Source: an uncultured Spirochaetota bacterium
GTDB lineage: Bacteria; Spirochaetota; Spirochaetia; SZUA-6; Fen-1364
DNA: 64,000 bases
Direction of reading: 5' to 3'
NCBI GenBank assembly: GCA_963734545.1
Contig: CAVTHO010000008.1
Span: 256,001-320,000, forward strand
In this document: positions 1 through 9,319 of the stretch, piece by piece
How the letters are laid out: every line of letters starts with the position of its first letter
How positions within the stretch are numbered: the stretch's first letter is position 1
Notes under the pieces: generated by a model
Database searches by the model: none
What the model was told of the DNA's origin: nothing
The model's input: the letters and a program-made list of their open reading frames with translations, nothing else
Program-made: the position numbers and the translations under genes

Positions 1-1656
1 GTCGCCGTCGATCCCCCCCCTGCATCGGGCAAGGGGAACCTGAAGGATGCGGAAACCACGGACGGAGTGCGGCTCGCCTGCCAGCTCACCCTCGTGGAGG
101 ACTGCACCGTCACCGTGCCGCGGGATCGTCTTCTCCGATCGGTCGTGAGCCACGAAGGGGGAGACGCAGATGTCCGGGCTGCGGTTCGTGACGCCTCGAT
201 TCGCAGGGTGAAGGTGCGCCTCGCGGAGCCGTCATTGGAGGATCAGCGCGCCGACTGGGAAAGGCTCGCGGCGGGACTGGAAGGGCAGGGCATTGCCGCG
301 CACCTCCCTGACACCGCCTCCCTTGAAAAGCTTCCTCAAACGCTGCGGAAGACCGACTGGATGGTCGAGGCGCTCTGCGACGGGAACGAGTTTCTCTGGC
401 TGGCGAGCACGCGGGGGCGTCGAAGCTGCGGCTTCGGAGTGGACCTGGGCACGACCACGGTCGACATCGCGCTTCTGGATATGGAGACCGGAGAGCAGCT
501 TGCCCGCAAGGCCCTCCTCAACGGCCAGGTCTCCTTCGGCGCGGACGTAATCTCCCGGGCCATGAGCTTTCACGACGATCCCGGCCCCGTGCGCCTGGCC
601 GCTTTGCACACCATCGAGAAAGGCGCACGCGAGATCCTGGCGGAGACCGGGGTCCTTCCCGACGAGGTCGTGAAGACCATGGTCGTGGGAAACCCCATCA
701 TGATCCACATTCTGAACGGGATCGATCCCTGGCAGCTCACGCGCGTCCCCTATATTCCCGTGACCCGCCGGTCGCTGCGCGGCGTGCCGCGGGATTTCGG
801 CTGGACATTCCAGGAGCACGGCTTCGTGGAGACGCTGCCCCTCGTATCCGCCTACGTCGGCGCGGACACGATCGGGATGATCGTCGCCCTCGACCTGGGG
901 CGGGAGAAGAAGACGTCGCTCTCCATCGATGTGGGCACCAACGGCGAGATGGTGCTCGCCCGGGGAGGCGAGCTCATCACCACTTCCACCGCCGCCGGCC
1001 CCGCGTTCGAGGGCGCACAGATCTCCTGCGGAATGCGGGCCATGGAGGGGGCCATTCACGAAGTCCTTCTTTCCGCGGACGGCAGCCTCGCGATGCAGGT
1101 GGTCGGCGCAGCAGCGCCCCGGGGAATCTGCGGCACGGGCCTCGTCTCGGGCATCGCCCAGCTCCTGGAGCGCGGCATCGTGGATTCGACGGGCAGGCTT
1201 CTTGCACAGGGGGAGATCGAGGATCCGCGGCTTCGCGGCCGGATATTCCCGCTCGGAAACGAGCTCGCCTTTGCGCTGTCCGACGACCGGACCGTCTATA
1301 TCTCCCAGACCGACATCCGCAAGATGCAGCTCGCAAAGGGCGCCGTGCGCACGGGAATCGAGACGCTCCTGGATGTGACCGGCGTGGCAATCGAATCCCT
1401 CGACGCGCTCCGCCTGGCAGGGAACTTCGGAGCCCGGCTCGACCCGCGGGCCGCCATGCGCATCGGCCTGATACCCGAGATGGACCTGGGAAAAGTGGAA
1501 GTGGTGGGGAACGCCGCCCTGCGGGGCGCCCTCATGGCCCTGCTCTCACGGGACGCCCGGGGACTCGCGGAGCGCGCCGCGCTGCAGGCGAGGTTTATCG
1601 AGCTGGGGGGAAAACCGGAGTTTCAGACACGGTTCATGGAGTCTATGCTTTTTTAG
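1..1656 (+). CDS. ASKHA-domain reductive activator of corrinoid proteins (RACo/DUF4445-like) with N-terminal 2Fe-2S domain; 5' truncated by window
   Basis: Frame open from base 1; RLACQ end of ferredoxin domain; GVDLGTTT, DVGTNGE, AGPAFEG and GICGTG motifs. Confidence 0.88.
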   Translation, partial: VAVDPPPASGKGNLKDAETTDGVRLACQLTLVEDCTVTVPRDRLLRSVVSHEGGDADVRAAVRDASIRRVKVRLAEPSLEDQRADWERLAAGLEGQGIAAHLPDTASLEKLPQTLRKTDWMVEALCDGNEFLWLASTRGRRSCGFGVDLGTTTVDIALLDMETGEQLARKALLNGQVSFGADVISRAMSFHDDPGPVRLAALHTIEKGAREILAETGVLPDEVVKTMVVGNPIMIHILNGIDPWQLTRVPYIPVTRRSLRGVPRDFGWTFQEHGFVETLPLVSAYVGADTIGMIVALDLGREKKTSLSIDVGTNGEMVLARGGELITTSTAAGPAFEGAQISCGMRAMEGAIHEVLLSADGSLAMQVVGAAAPRGICGTGLVSGIAQLLERGIVDSTGRLLAQGEIEDPRLRGRIFPLGNELAFALSDDRTVYISQTDIRKMQLAKGAVRTGIETLLDVTGVAIESLDALRLAGNFGARLDPRAAMRIGLIPEMDLGKVEVVGNAALRGALMALLSRDARGLAERAALQARFIELGGKPEFQTRFMESMLF

Positions 1657-2353
1657 ACTTCATTCCCTGAAGGAAGCCGGGTCGGGACTGGCACGTGAAC
1701 CACCGACCGCTGATCTTTCGCGCCTTTTCCTCCAGCGTTTTTTCGACGAAAGCAGCGTACTCCTCGGGCTGCACCCCTCCGGACTGGAACCCGTTTATCA
1801 CGACCCCCTGCCCGCTGTTCGCGGTGAGAAGGGAGGAGCAGAGCCCGTGGAAGCATTCGCGCATGCTGCTCTCCAGGGGGGACGTGCCGGTACCCGTGCT
1901 CACCATGCAGAGCACGCCGCTGTGACGCCCCAGAAAGTACGCAAGCGCTTCCCGTGCCAGAAAGATCGGGCCCCTGGCATCGTCGAACGCCCTCTCTATG
2001 TCCACGCTCGGCATATCGTGAAGCGTGGCATGCGCCGCGCAGGGAGGCTCGAGAATCAGGACTTCGTCAACCGCGTCGAACGTGTTCAACACGTTGAGAA
2101 GGACCGTGCGGGCGGACAAAGGGGACCTTCGGTTCCAGGGGACGGCCGCGGGGGCCTGCCCGGACACCGTCCCCGGTGGATTTGGTCCCGCCACCGTACC
2201 CGGTGGATTTGGCACCGCTGCCGTGCCCGGCGGCGTTTCCCCCGACACCAGCTTCACCACGGACAAACCGCGTGCCGACAACAGACGCGTGAGCGCCTCT
2301 CCGAGCGGGGAATCCCCCTCTGTGACGAGTATCGTTCTAGCCATTTCACTCAT
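1643..2353 (-). CDS. Degenerate SDR/Rossmann-fold protein
   Basis: MSEMARTILVTEGDSPLGEAL resembles an SDR beta1-alpha1 but lacks TGxxxGxG and YxxxK; C-terminal ISGRWF. Confidence 0.6.
   Translation of the reverse strand: MSEMARTILVTEGDSPLGEALTRLLSARGLSVVKLVSGETPPGTAAVPNPPGTVAGPNPPGTVSGQAPAAVPWNRRSPLSARTVLLNVLNTFDAVDEVLILEPPCAAHATLHDMPSVDIERAFDDARGPIFLAREALAYFLGRHSGVLCMVSTGTGTSPLESSMRECFHGLCSSLLTANSGQGVVINGFQSGGVQPEEYAAFVEKTLEEKARKISGRWFTCQSRPGFLQGMKSKKA
2165..2233. repeat. 27-bp tandem repeat (about 2.5 copies) encoding a P(N)PPGT(V/A) insertion
   Basis: caccgtccccggtggatttggtcccgc / caccgtacccggtggatttggcaccgc / tgccgtgcccggcgg at 2165, 2192, 2219. Confidence 0.8.
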
Positions 2354-2477
2354 CCTATCGCGACCGCCCCGCGCGGTCAATGCGCCGATCCGTCGGAGGG
2401 ATTCGGCCCGCCGCGCTGGTCTGCATTGCCCTTCGCGGCTGTTCGCTGATAGATTCAGGGGCAGAAAGGAGCCGTGC

Positions 2478-4136
2478 ATGAAGGTTGCGTGCGGGCAGAT
2501 CAATCCCACAATCGGGGATTTCAAGGGAAACTGCGAGAAGGTGCTCTCCTTTGCGGCCAGGGCGAAGGAAGCGGGATGCAGCCTCGTCGTGTTCCCCGAG
2601 CTGTGTCTCTGCGGCTACCCGCCGATGGACCTTCTGGAGTACGAGCTCTTCGTGGAGGAGAACCTGAAGGCGCTTCGCCAGGTGCAGATCGGAGCGCCGA
2701 AGGGGATCGGCATCGTCGTGGGGTACGTGGACAGGAACAGGGCCCGGCCCGGTAAAGGGCTGCTCAACGCGGCGTCGCTCCTCGCGGACGGCAGGATCAT
2801 CCACACGCAGGCAAAGACGCTCCTTCCCACCTACGACGTGTTCGACGAGGCGCGCTGGTTCGAGCCCGCCGCCGCGCGCTCGGTCGTGTCCTTCCAGGGA
2901 GAGAAGCTGGGTATCGCGATCTGCGAGGATATCTGGTGGGAGGGCGAGCCCGCGCCCGGGTTGCGCTACCCGGTGGATCCGGTGGCGGAGCTCCTGGACG
3001 CCGGCGCGACCCTCATCCTCTCGCCCTCCGCATCCCCCTTCCACGCGGGCAAGCCCCGGGTCCGCCTGGACCTCCTGTCACGCATCGGCAAGACCTCGGG
3101 AGTGCCGGTGGTCTATGTCAATACTGTCGGCGCAAACGACAACATCATATTCGACGGCCAGTCCATGGTCACTTCGAAGGAAGGGAAGCTCGTGTTCCTG
3201 GGCAGGGCCTTTGAAGAAGAGCTTGCCGTTGTGGACACCGATGCCGCGGGCCCCGAGGTGCCGCTGCCGGAGGACCGGTACGCGCAGATCGAAGGGGCTC
3301 TCGTTCTGGGCATAAGGGACTACGTGCGGAAGTGCGGATTCACCCGTGTGCACCTGGGTCTCTCCGGCGGGATCGATTCGGCGCTGGTTGCCGTGCTTGC
3401 CGTGAAAGCGCTCGGACCCGGTCGGGTGGACGTGTTCGGCCTGCCCTCCCGCTATTCTTCGACAGGGAGCGTGGAAGACGCGCGCGCGCTGGCGGCCACC
3501 CTCGGCCTCACGCTCAGACTCCTGTCGATCGAGGACATATTCGGCTCGTTCCTGCGGACGCTGGAGCCGGTATTCGAGGGGAAAGAATCCGCCGGGTACG
3601 TCGGCGCAAAAGCCGACATCACGGAAGAGAACGTCCAGGCGCGGATCCGCGGCACGCTCCTCATGGCCTTCTCGAACAAGTTCAACTCCCTGCTCCTCAC
3701 CACGGGGAACAAGTCGGAGCTCGCCACGGGATATTGCACGCTCTACGGCGACATGAGCGGCGGTCTGGCAGTGATCGGCGATCTCTTGAAAGTCGAGGTA
3801 TACGGTCTTGCCAGGTCGATCAACGCCCGGGAACGTCTCATCCCCGACGCCATCATCAGCAAGGCGCCTTCGGCCGAGCTGCGGCCCGGCCAGAAGGACC
3901 AGGATTCGCTTCCTCCCTATGAGACCCTGGACGCGATACTGGAAAAGTACCTGGTGCAGAACAGGTCCGCCGCGGACATCGCTGCCTGCGGTTTTGACGC
4001 CGACCTGGTGCGTTCCGTGATCGGCATGGTGGAGAAAGCCGAATACAAGCGGCGGCAGGCGCCGCCGGTGCTCAAGGTCTCACCGAAGGCGTTCGGCACC
4101 GGGCGCCGCATCCCCATCGCGAGGAAGCTTACCTAG
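2478..4136 (+). CDS. nadE: Glutamine-dependent NAD+ synthetase
   Basis: Nitrilase domain (VFPEL, KTLLPTYDVFDE, ICEDIW) plus synthetase domain (GLSGGIDSAL, ENVQARIRG, TGNKSE, PSAELRPGQKD); AAGGAG RBS. Confidence 0.96.
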   Translation: MKVACGQINPTIGDFKGNCEKVLSFAARAKEAGCSLVVFPELCLCGYPPMDLLEYELFVEENLKALRQVQIGAPKGIGIVVGYVDRNRARPGKGLLNAASLLADGRIIHTQAKTLLPTYDVFDEARWFEPAAARSVVSFQGEKLGIAICEDIWWEGEPAPGLRYPVDPVAELLDAGATLILSPSASPFHAGKPRVRLDLLSRIGKTSGVPVVYVNTVGANDNIIFDGQSMVTSKEGKLVFLGRAFEEELAVVDTDAAGPEVPLPEDRYAQIEGALVLGIRDYVRKCGFTRVHLGLSGGIDSALVAVLAVKALGPGRVDVFGLPSRYSSTGSVEDARALAATLGLTLRLLSIEDIFGSFLRTLEPVFEGKESAGYVGAKADITEENVQARIRGTLLMAFSNKFNSLLLTTGNKSELATGYCTLYGDMSGGLAVIGDLLKVEVYGLARSINARERLIPDAIISKAPSAELRPGQKDQDSLPPYETLDAILEKYLVQNRSAADIAACGFDADLVRSVIGMVEKAEYKRRQAPPVLKVSPKAFGTGRRIPIARKLT

Positions 4137-5289
4137 CGCCGATCGACCCGGAGAAGAGAAAGCCGTGGTCCACCGCGGCCGAGGCCGTTTTCCCCGATTC
4201 GCCCACGAATGTCACCTTCCCCTCCGTGAACCCGGCGGTTCGAACGCGCCCGAACCCTTTGGGAACGCGTGTCACCCCCTGGATGTAGTTGACCGCAGTG
4301 GGCCGCAAGGGGGACAGCTTATGGGCCGTCGGGATCCCTTTCTCGTTGAGCTCGTTCTTTTTCACGGAAGCCGCCAGCCCCATGGCGAAATAGCCGCACA
4401 CGTCTTCCAGGCCCAGGCAGCAGTTGCGGCCGTTCCAGGGATCGGCGTGGCGTCCGTGATTCTCGATCCAGAACAGCGTCGACGGCAGGACCTTCGGGTC
4501 CTTGAGCGCGTACCACAGCCACCCCTCCGAGGGATTGACCGCCGTGACCCACGCGGGGCCGCCTGTCTGCTTGTTGTACACCTGGACAAGGTCACAGAAA
4601 CCCCGGCGCCGCGGAAACGAGGCGCACGAATCGAACGGCATCTCCTTCCAGACAGTGGGCACCTTGTCGAGGCTGCGGAAGCTCGCCCCGGCGGCCAGCG
4701 CGCTGTATTCGCCGCCGCTTTCAAAAGAACGCGCCGGCCGTGGGGGTACCTGCCCGAACTGAACGGGGCTCGTGGAGAGCAGGAGCGTATCAGGCTGGTC
4801 GCCGCCCGCAAGCGTGGCATGGTGCCCGAGGGGCGCGCGCACGTCGAATCCCTCCAACACGTGCCGGATATAGATCGTATTCTGGCCGGAAACGAGAGAA
4901 ATGCTCTTGCTGATCCGTCCCTTGAGCTTCGAGGTTGCCATTGTGAGGGTGATCCGGGTCAGAGCGTCCGACTGCTCGAGGCTGCCCGCGCTCCAGGTCT
5001 CCGTTGCCGGCTCGCCATGGGTGGTGTGCGTCACGCCCTTCAGGACGCTGTCGCCGCCGAAAGGCATGCAGAAGAAGTCTCCCCTGAGCGGTCCGAGCAC
5101 GGGGGGCTGCACCGTCTTTCCTTCTCCCTGCCAGGGGCTCACGTAGTAGGGCTGGAGGGGAGATTCGCTCTTGCGGAAAAAGGTGACAGGGGCCATGTGG
5201 CCGCCCTTCAGCGTCAGGGCGATCCGCACCGTATCGTTCTCGATCACCCACGAGGGCTCTGATGCAATGATTTCGATCCTGGGCTCCAT
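4129..5289 (-). CDS. Hypothetical protein, possibly galactose mutarotase/aldose epimerase-like beta-sandwich
   Basis: Clean ORF with AGGAGG RBS; LRGDFFCMPFGG, HGE, GHHATL and LGLED motifs. Confidence 0.55.
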   Translation of the reverse strand: MEPRIEIIASEPSWVIENDTVRIALTLKGGHMAPVTFFRKSESPLQPYYVSPWQGEGKTVQPPVLGPLRGDFFCMPFGGDSVLKGVTHTTHGEPATETWSAGSLEQSDALTRITLTMATSKLKGRISKSISLVSGQNTIYIRHVLEGFDVRAPLGHHATLAGGDQPDTLLLSTSPVQFGQVPPRPARSFESGGEYSALAAGASFRSLDKVPTVWKEMPFDSCASFPRRRGFCDLVQVYNKQTGGPAWVTAVNPSEGWLWYALKDPKVLPSTLFWIENHGRHADPWNGRNCCLGLEDVCGYFAMGLAASVKKNELNEKGIPTAHKLSPLRPTAVNYIQGVTRVPKGFGRVRTAGFTEGKVTFVGESGKTASAAVDHGFLFSGSIGAR

Positions 5290-5349
5290 GCGGCACCTCC
5301 TTTGAGCCTCCATCATATGCGGAGCGCGCTGCGCCGTCGAGGGAGGTCT

Positions 5350-7296
5350 CTATGCCCGGGGGAACTCCGCCGCGATCCGGACGCCTGCGAGGATTTCACT
5401 TGCAAGACGCCTCGAATCAACCGGACCGAGTCTTCCCCGCGCGGCGTCCCGTTTGCCCTCGAGGTCCCATTCCGTGTGCTGGAACCAGGCCGTTCCGAGA
5501 GGCGCCATTTTCGCCCCCTCGAGGCATAAGCGCGCAAGGCCTCTCAGGAAGGATTTCAGACCGGAATCAGGCGCCAGCTCTCTGAGCTTCAGGAGCAGGA
5601 GCGCGCTTTCGTTGCCGGCGAAAATGATTCTCTGGCGCGTGAAGGAGTCCACGAGACATCCGCTGCAGCCGGCTTCGAGCAGCTCCTCCCCTGCCCGCGG
5701 GTGGACCCGGATCCACGGGAGAAGAAGAGAGGAGAAGAGACGCACGCTTTCCGCCGCGCGCGCCCGGGAAGCGGCCGCTCCGCTGACCGGAGGCTCGGCC
5801 GGCTTGTAGCCCAGCGCGCGCATTTCAACGAACAACCGCGCGGCAAGGACGGCGCCGGCCGCGTCCGGCCCTCTGCCCTCCCGTGAGCCGGGTGGTTGAA
5901 ATGCGTCCCATGACACGGCGGAGAATCGCCTGACCAGGAGATCGAGAGCCTTCCTGTACCTGTCCTTGCCGGTCTTGAGAAACAGCCGGGCCATGGGAAA
6001 GAAAAGCTCGATGCCGCCGAGGCCCGGAGCAGGATCCCGCACGGGCGTCCTCTGGCCCGGCACGTGCAGGCTTCCCGGCATGCTGAGCTTTGCCTTCTCA
6101 TCCAGAAAGAACTCCACGAACCTGAGGCCGGCAAGAAAGTACTTCTCATGAGGCAGACCATCACGCGCCAGGTCTTCCGCAAGGACCAGCAGGAGCTCCG
6201 CGATGCGGGCGGACTGCCCCATGGAAAGAAGTGCCTGACTTGCCTCTCCGTGCACGCCGCGCCACTTCCCTGCCTCGAGGTGGTAGCTTTCGTAGAAGAA
6301 ACCTGAAGCAATCTGGCCTTTGAGCGCGAAATCCGCGAGCCGCAGCGCGAGCTCCTGCAGGCGCGCGTCCCGCGGGAAAAGCTTCCGCATCGCCACGGCC
6401 AGCCCGAGCCCCGCACCGGCGGAGAGCCATGGGCTTCCGGGCAGCTCGCGCATCCCCACCACGCCGGGTGCCTCACAGAGATGCGTGGAGAGGGCTGTCT
6501 GCAGGGCAGCGGCCAGGAAATCCTGGTGCGCGGACCCGTCTGCCCCGCGGGCGTCACGGTCAGGGACAAGCCGCTTGTAGACGGCTTCCGCGCCCTTCAC
6601 CTGTATTTCCTCCCGGGCGGAAAAGGTGAGAAAGAGCTCGTGGTTCCTGTCGAGGCTTCCGGGGGACTCGATGAGCTGCTCCGTGGCCTCTACTTCCTGC
6701 GAAGGGACGGGGCCGATGCGGCTGCCCGGTTCTTCCTGGCCGGGGAATCGAACCTCCACGTGCAGGCGGGAAGGCTCGTCCTCGATTTCCGTGGTGCTGA
6801 TCCCGATACCGGCGGCCGAGCCCTCGCAGGATGCGGCCTGGGAAAACAGCAGCACGCCCTTCCTGCCCATGGAGAGAAAGAGCGCAGCGGGATAGCTGGT
6901 CTTTTCACCGAGGAAGGAGGTGGGCGCAGGGGGAAGCCCCTGCCGGGCGTGCACCCCGGGAAAAAGGCATCTCATGTCAGCGGGCGCATCGAATTCCACG
7001 TCGATGGACAGGTGCCCGGCGCCGGGTGTCTTCACTGCCCACGTCCGGTGCAGGGTGATGCCGGCGGCATCCGAGGTGATCCGGTCCCTTATCTCCCCGA
7101 ACAGGAAAAAGGCGCGCACCTCCCAGGTGCCGTGTGCTTCCCGGGCGCCCCGGGCCCCTTTCTCGCTCTCCGTAAGCACGATGCTCGCCGCCTGCCGTTC
7201 CTGCCCGTTCCAGAAGAACCTGTACGGGACATGGAATGGGATTCCAGAGTCCGGCTGGATCCGGATTGTGCGCAGATCTTGCTGAGTGACCTTCAT
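5350..7296 (-). CDS. Hypothetical protein (beta-rich N-terminus, helical C-terminus)
   Basis: 648-aa ORF with natural composition, co-oriented with 4129-5289; no recognisable catalytic motif. Confidence 0.6.
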   Translation of the reverse strand: MKVTQQDLRTIRIQPDSGIPFHVPYRFFWNGQERQAASIVLTESEKGARGAREAHGTWEVRAFFLFGEIRDRITSDAAGITLHRTWAVKTPGAGHLSIDVEFDAPADMRCLFPGVHARQGLPPAPTSFLGEKTSYPAALFLSMGRKGVLLFSQAASCEGSAAGIGISTTEIEDEPSRLHVEVRFPGQEEPGSRIGPVPSQEVEATEQLIESPGSLDRNHELFLTFSAREEIQVKGAEAVYKRLVPDRDARGADGSAHQDFLAAALQTALSTHLCEAPGVVGMRELPGSPWLSAGAGLGLAVAMRKLFPRDARLQELALRLADFALKGQIASGFFYESYHLEAGKWRGVHGEASQALLSMGQSARIAELLLVLAEDLARDGLPHEKYFLAGLRFVEFFLDEKAKLSMPGSLHVPGQRTPVRDPAPGLGGIELFFPMARLFLKTGKDRYRKALDLLVRRFSAVSWDAFQPPGSREGRGPDAAGAVLAARLFVEMRALGYKPAEPPVSGAAASRARAAESVRLFSSLLLPWIRVHPRAGEELLEAGCSGCLVDSFTRQRIIFAGNESALLLLKLRELAPDSGLKSFLRGLARLCLEGAKMAPLGTAWFQHTEWDLEGKRDAARGRLGPVDSRRLASEILAGVRIAAEFPRA

Positions 7297-7493
7297 GTCA
7301 GGGATAACCCGCGGGAGGATAGTAGCGCGCGGCAAGGGCGGTGACAACAGGCCTCGACAGAGGGGTTTTCAATTCCGCCCCTCATGTGATAGAATCAGAT
7401 TGTACGCCGCCTGCACGTTTCAACCGCTCCTCGCAGCGCGGGGATGGATTTATCTGATACGAGACCGAAACATGCTGACCGGAGGGTGGGAAG

Positions 7494-7871
7494 ATGAAGC
7501 CTGTCTTGAAGCTCTGTGTCGTTGTGATCGTTTCGATGCTCGCGCTCACGACCTGCGTTCTCGACCAGATAGCCGTGAGATGGGACGTCACCGGCTTTGG
7601 CTTGTCGGGGTCTCTTGCTACTGTCTTTTTTGATGTCTGGAACGATGGGAAATACGACCTTAAGGGAGTCAACCTTGAGGTTGCCGCATATGTACAGCCC
7701 GCAGGCGTGTATGTGAGCGCCTGGAGTGCGCCGGACTTCAGCCTGGCGCAGGGCGAACTGAAATCCGGCAGCTTCACCTTCAGTATCAGCCCGTATGCTG
7801 CGGGTCTCGGCGATTCAGTCACCGGCGCTGCAATCCTTGGCGTGGACATGGACAAGCCCAGCGACTCCTAG
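7494..7871 (+). CDS. Small exported protein, putative lipoprotein
   Basis: GGAGG RBS; MKPVLKL plus hydrophobic stretch ending LALTTC. Confidence 0.65.
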   Translation: MKPVLKLCVVVIVSMLALTTCVLDQIAVRWDVTGFGLSGSLATVFFDVWNDGKYDLKGVNLEVAAYVQPAGVYVSAWSAPDFSLAQGELKSGSFTFSISPYAAGLGDSVTGAAILGVDMDKPSDS

Positions 7872-7894
7872 CGCGCGGAGACTGCTGTACATCC

Positions 7895-9217
7895 TCACGC
7901 TCCCGAGATGCGGGAGCGGAAGCGATCGTCGAGCGCTGAGAGTCGGGTCTTGAAGGATGTCATCGAAGCCCAGTAGCGACGTGCGTCATCGGGGCGCGCC
8001 GCGGCGATGAGGGCGGTCAGATAGGCCTGGCGGAACAAGTCGTCCTGCGCGTCACTGCCGCCTATGGCGGTCATCCGGCTCATGACAGGATCCAGCAATG
8101 TCGCCGCTCGCGCCGGGTCTCCTGCGCCGTGGGAAATGCACGCCTCGACCACGGCCCGGCCGACGGGCTGCCACACCCGCCGCGCTTCGTCGTCGTCGGC
8201 CTCAGTCCGCCGTCGAACCGAGGAGCGAAGCGTGTCGAGAGCGGCCGAGCGGCCGGCACGCGCGAGGGCGTACCCGTGCTGCGCGCTCAGGAACGGGAAG
8301 AAGCACTCGCCGGCGCGTGCTTCCACGTGGTCGGCAACATCGGCCCAGCGGGCATTGTCGACTGCCACGCCCGCCATTTCGAGACGCCACAGGTACGAGA
8401 TGGCATCTACCTGCTCCCCGGGGGAATCGGGAGAGACGCCCCAGATGTGATGTCGGTAGACCGACTCGGCCCGGTCGACCTCGAGCGCATCGAGAAAGGC
8501 CACGGCGAGATGCCACGCGTTGTGGCAGTAGATCACCCGGCCGCTGGTCTCCCAGACCGGGAGGAAACTCTGGAGGCGCGCAATGGCCTCGGGAGGGTCG
8601 CCGCGCGTGATGAACACGTGCGAGAGCGCGTGATGCGCCCACGGATGGGCGTCGATGTCCAGTGACGCTTCGGCCAGGTCGGCGGCGTGGTCAGGCGCGC
8701 CGCTGAGCTCGGCCGCGAACGCCCATACGGAGAGAAAGTCGGCGTCGTCGCGGTTCGGCGCTGCGATGCGCTCGACCTGTGCGCGGAATCGCTTCCCCAT
8801 GTGCTGCTGGCCGAGCACGTAGTACAGGAACTCGAGTGCCTTCAGCGCCACGATGTCACGCGGCCATTGCGTCACCAGCTCCTCGAGCCTCCCGGCTGCG
8901 GCGAGGAAGTCGTGCGCGTGCCAGCGCTGAAGTGCGGCCAGCGTGGCGCGTTCGCGTTCGTTCATCGTCGGCTCGAGCGCCTCGCACTGTTCGATGTATC
9001 GATGGGCGTCGGCCGAGGCAGCGGCCGTCTGCCCGTAGAGGCCGAGCATTGCCGCGTCGAGTTGCAGCATGGCCACGCCGGCATGATGCGCGGCGTCGTC
9101 GAGGACGGCCTCCACACCGAGTTCGAGACCCGCGAGTCGATCGGTAAAGGTGTCGACGGCATCGATTGCGTCCCTGGCATCGGTGCTGACCTCGAGCCCC
9201 CGTTGCGTCCTTCCCAT
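7895..9217 (-). CDS. Tetratricopeptide repeat protein 38 (TTC38)-family protein
   Basis: PWAHHALSHV, HNAWHLA, DAISYLWRL and IGGSDAQDDLF motifs. Confidence 0.85.
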   Translation of the reverse strand: MGRTQRGLEVSTDARDAIDAVDTFTDRLAGLELGVEAVLDDAAHHAGVAMLQLDAAMLGLYGQTAAASADAHRYIEQCEALEPTMNERERATLAALQRWHAHDFLAAAGRLEELVTQWPRDIVALKALEFLYYVLGQQHMGKRFRAQVERIAAPNRDDADFLSVWAFAAELSGAPDHAADLAEASLDIDAHPWAHHALSHVFITRGDPPEAIARLQSFLPVWETSGRVIYCHNAWHLAVAFLDALEVDRAESVYRHHIWGVSPDSPGEQVDAISYLWRLEMAGVAVDNARWADVADHVEARAGECFFPFLSAQHGYALARAGRSAALDTLRSSVRRRTEADDDEARRVWQPVGRAVVEACISHGAGDPARAATLLDPVMSRMTAIGGSDAQDDLFRQAYLTALIAAARPDDARRYWASMTSFKTRLSALDDRFRSRISGA

Positions 9218-9277
9218 TGATCCACCCTTCCGCGCGCCTGCGCCGCACGACTGGTGCGCGCCACTAATATACTCAGG

Positions 9278-9306
9278 TTGACAGCCGGAGAGAGGGCCCC
9301 TATCCT
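9278..9306 (+). promoter_or_regulatory. sigma70-type promoter of radA
   Basis: TTGACA-N17-TATCCT ending 14 bp upstream of the ATG. Confidence 0.6.
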
Positions 9307-9319
9307 CGGGCGGGGAGAA

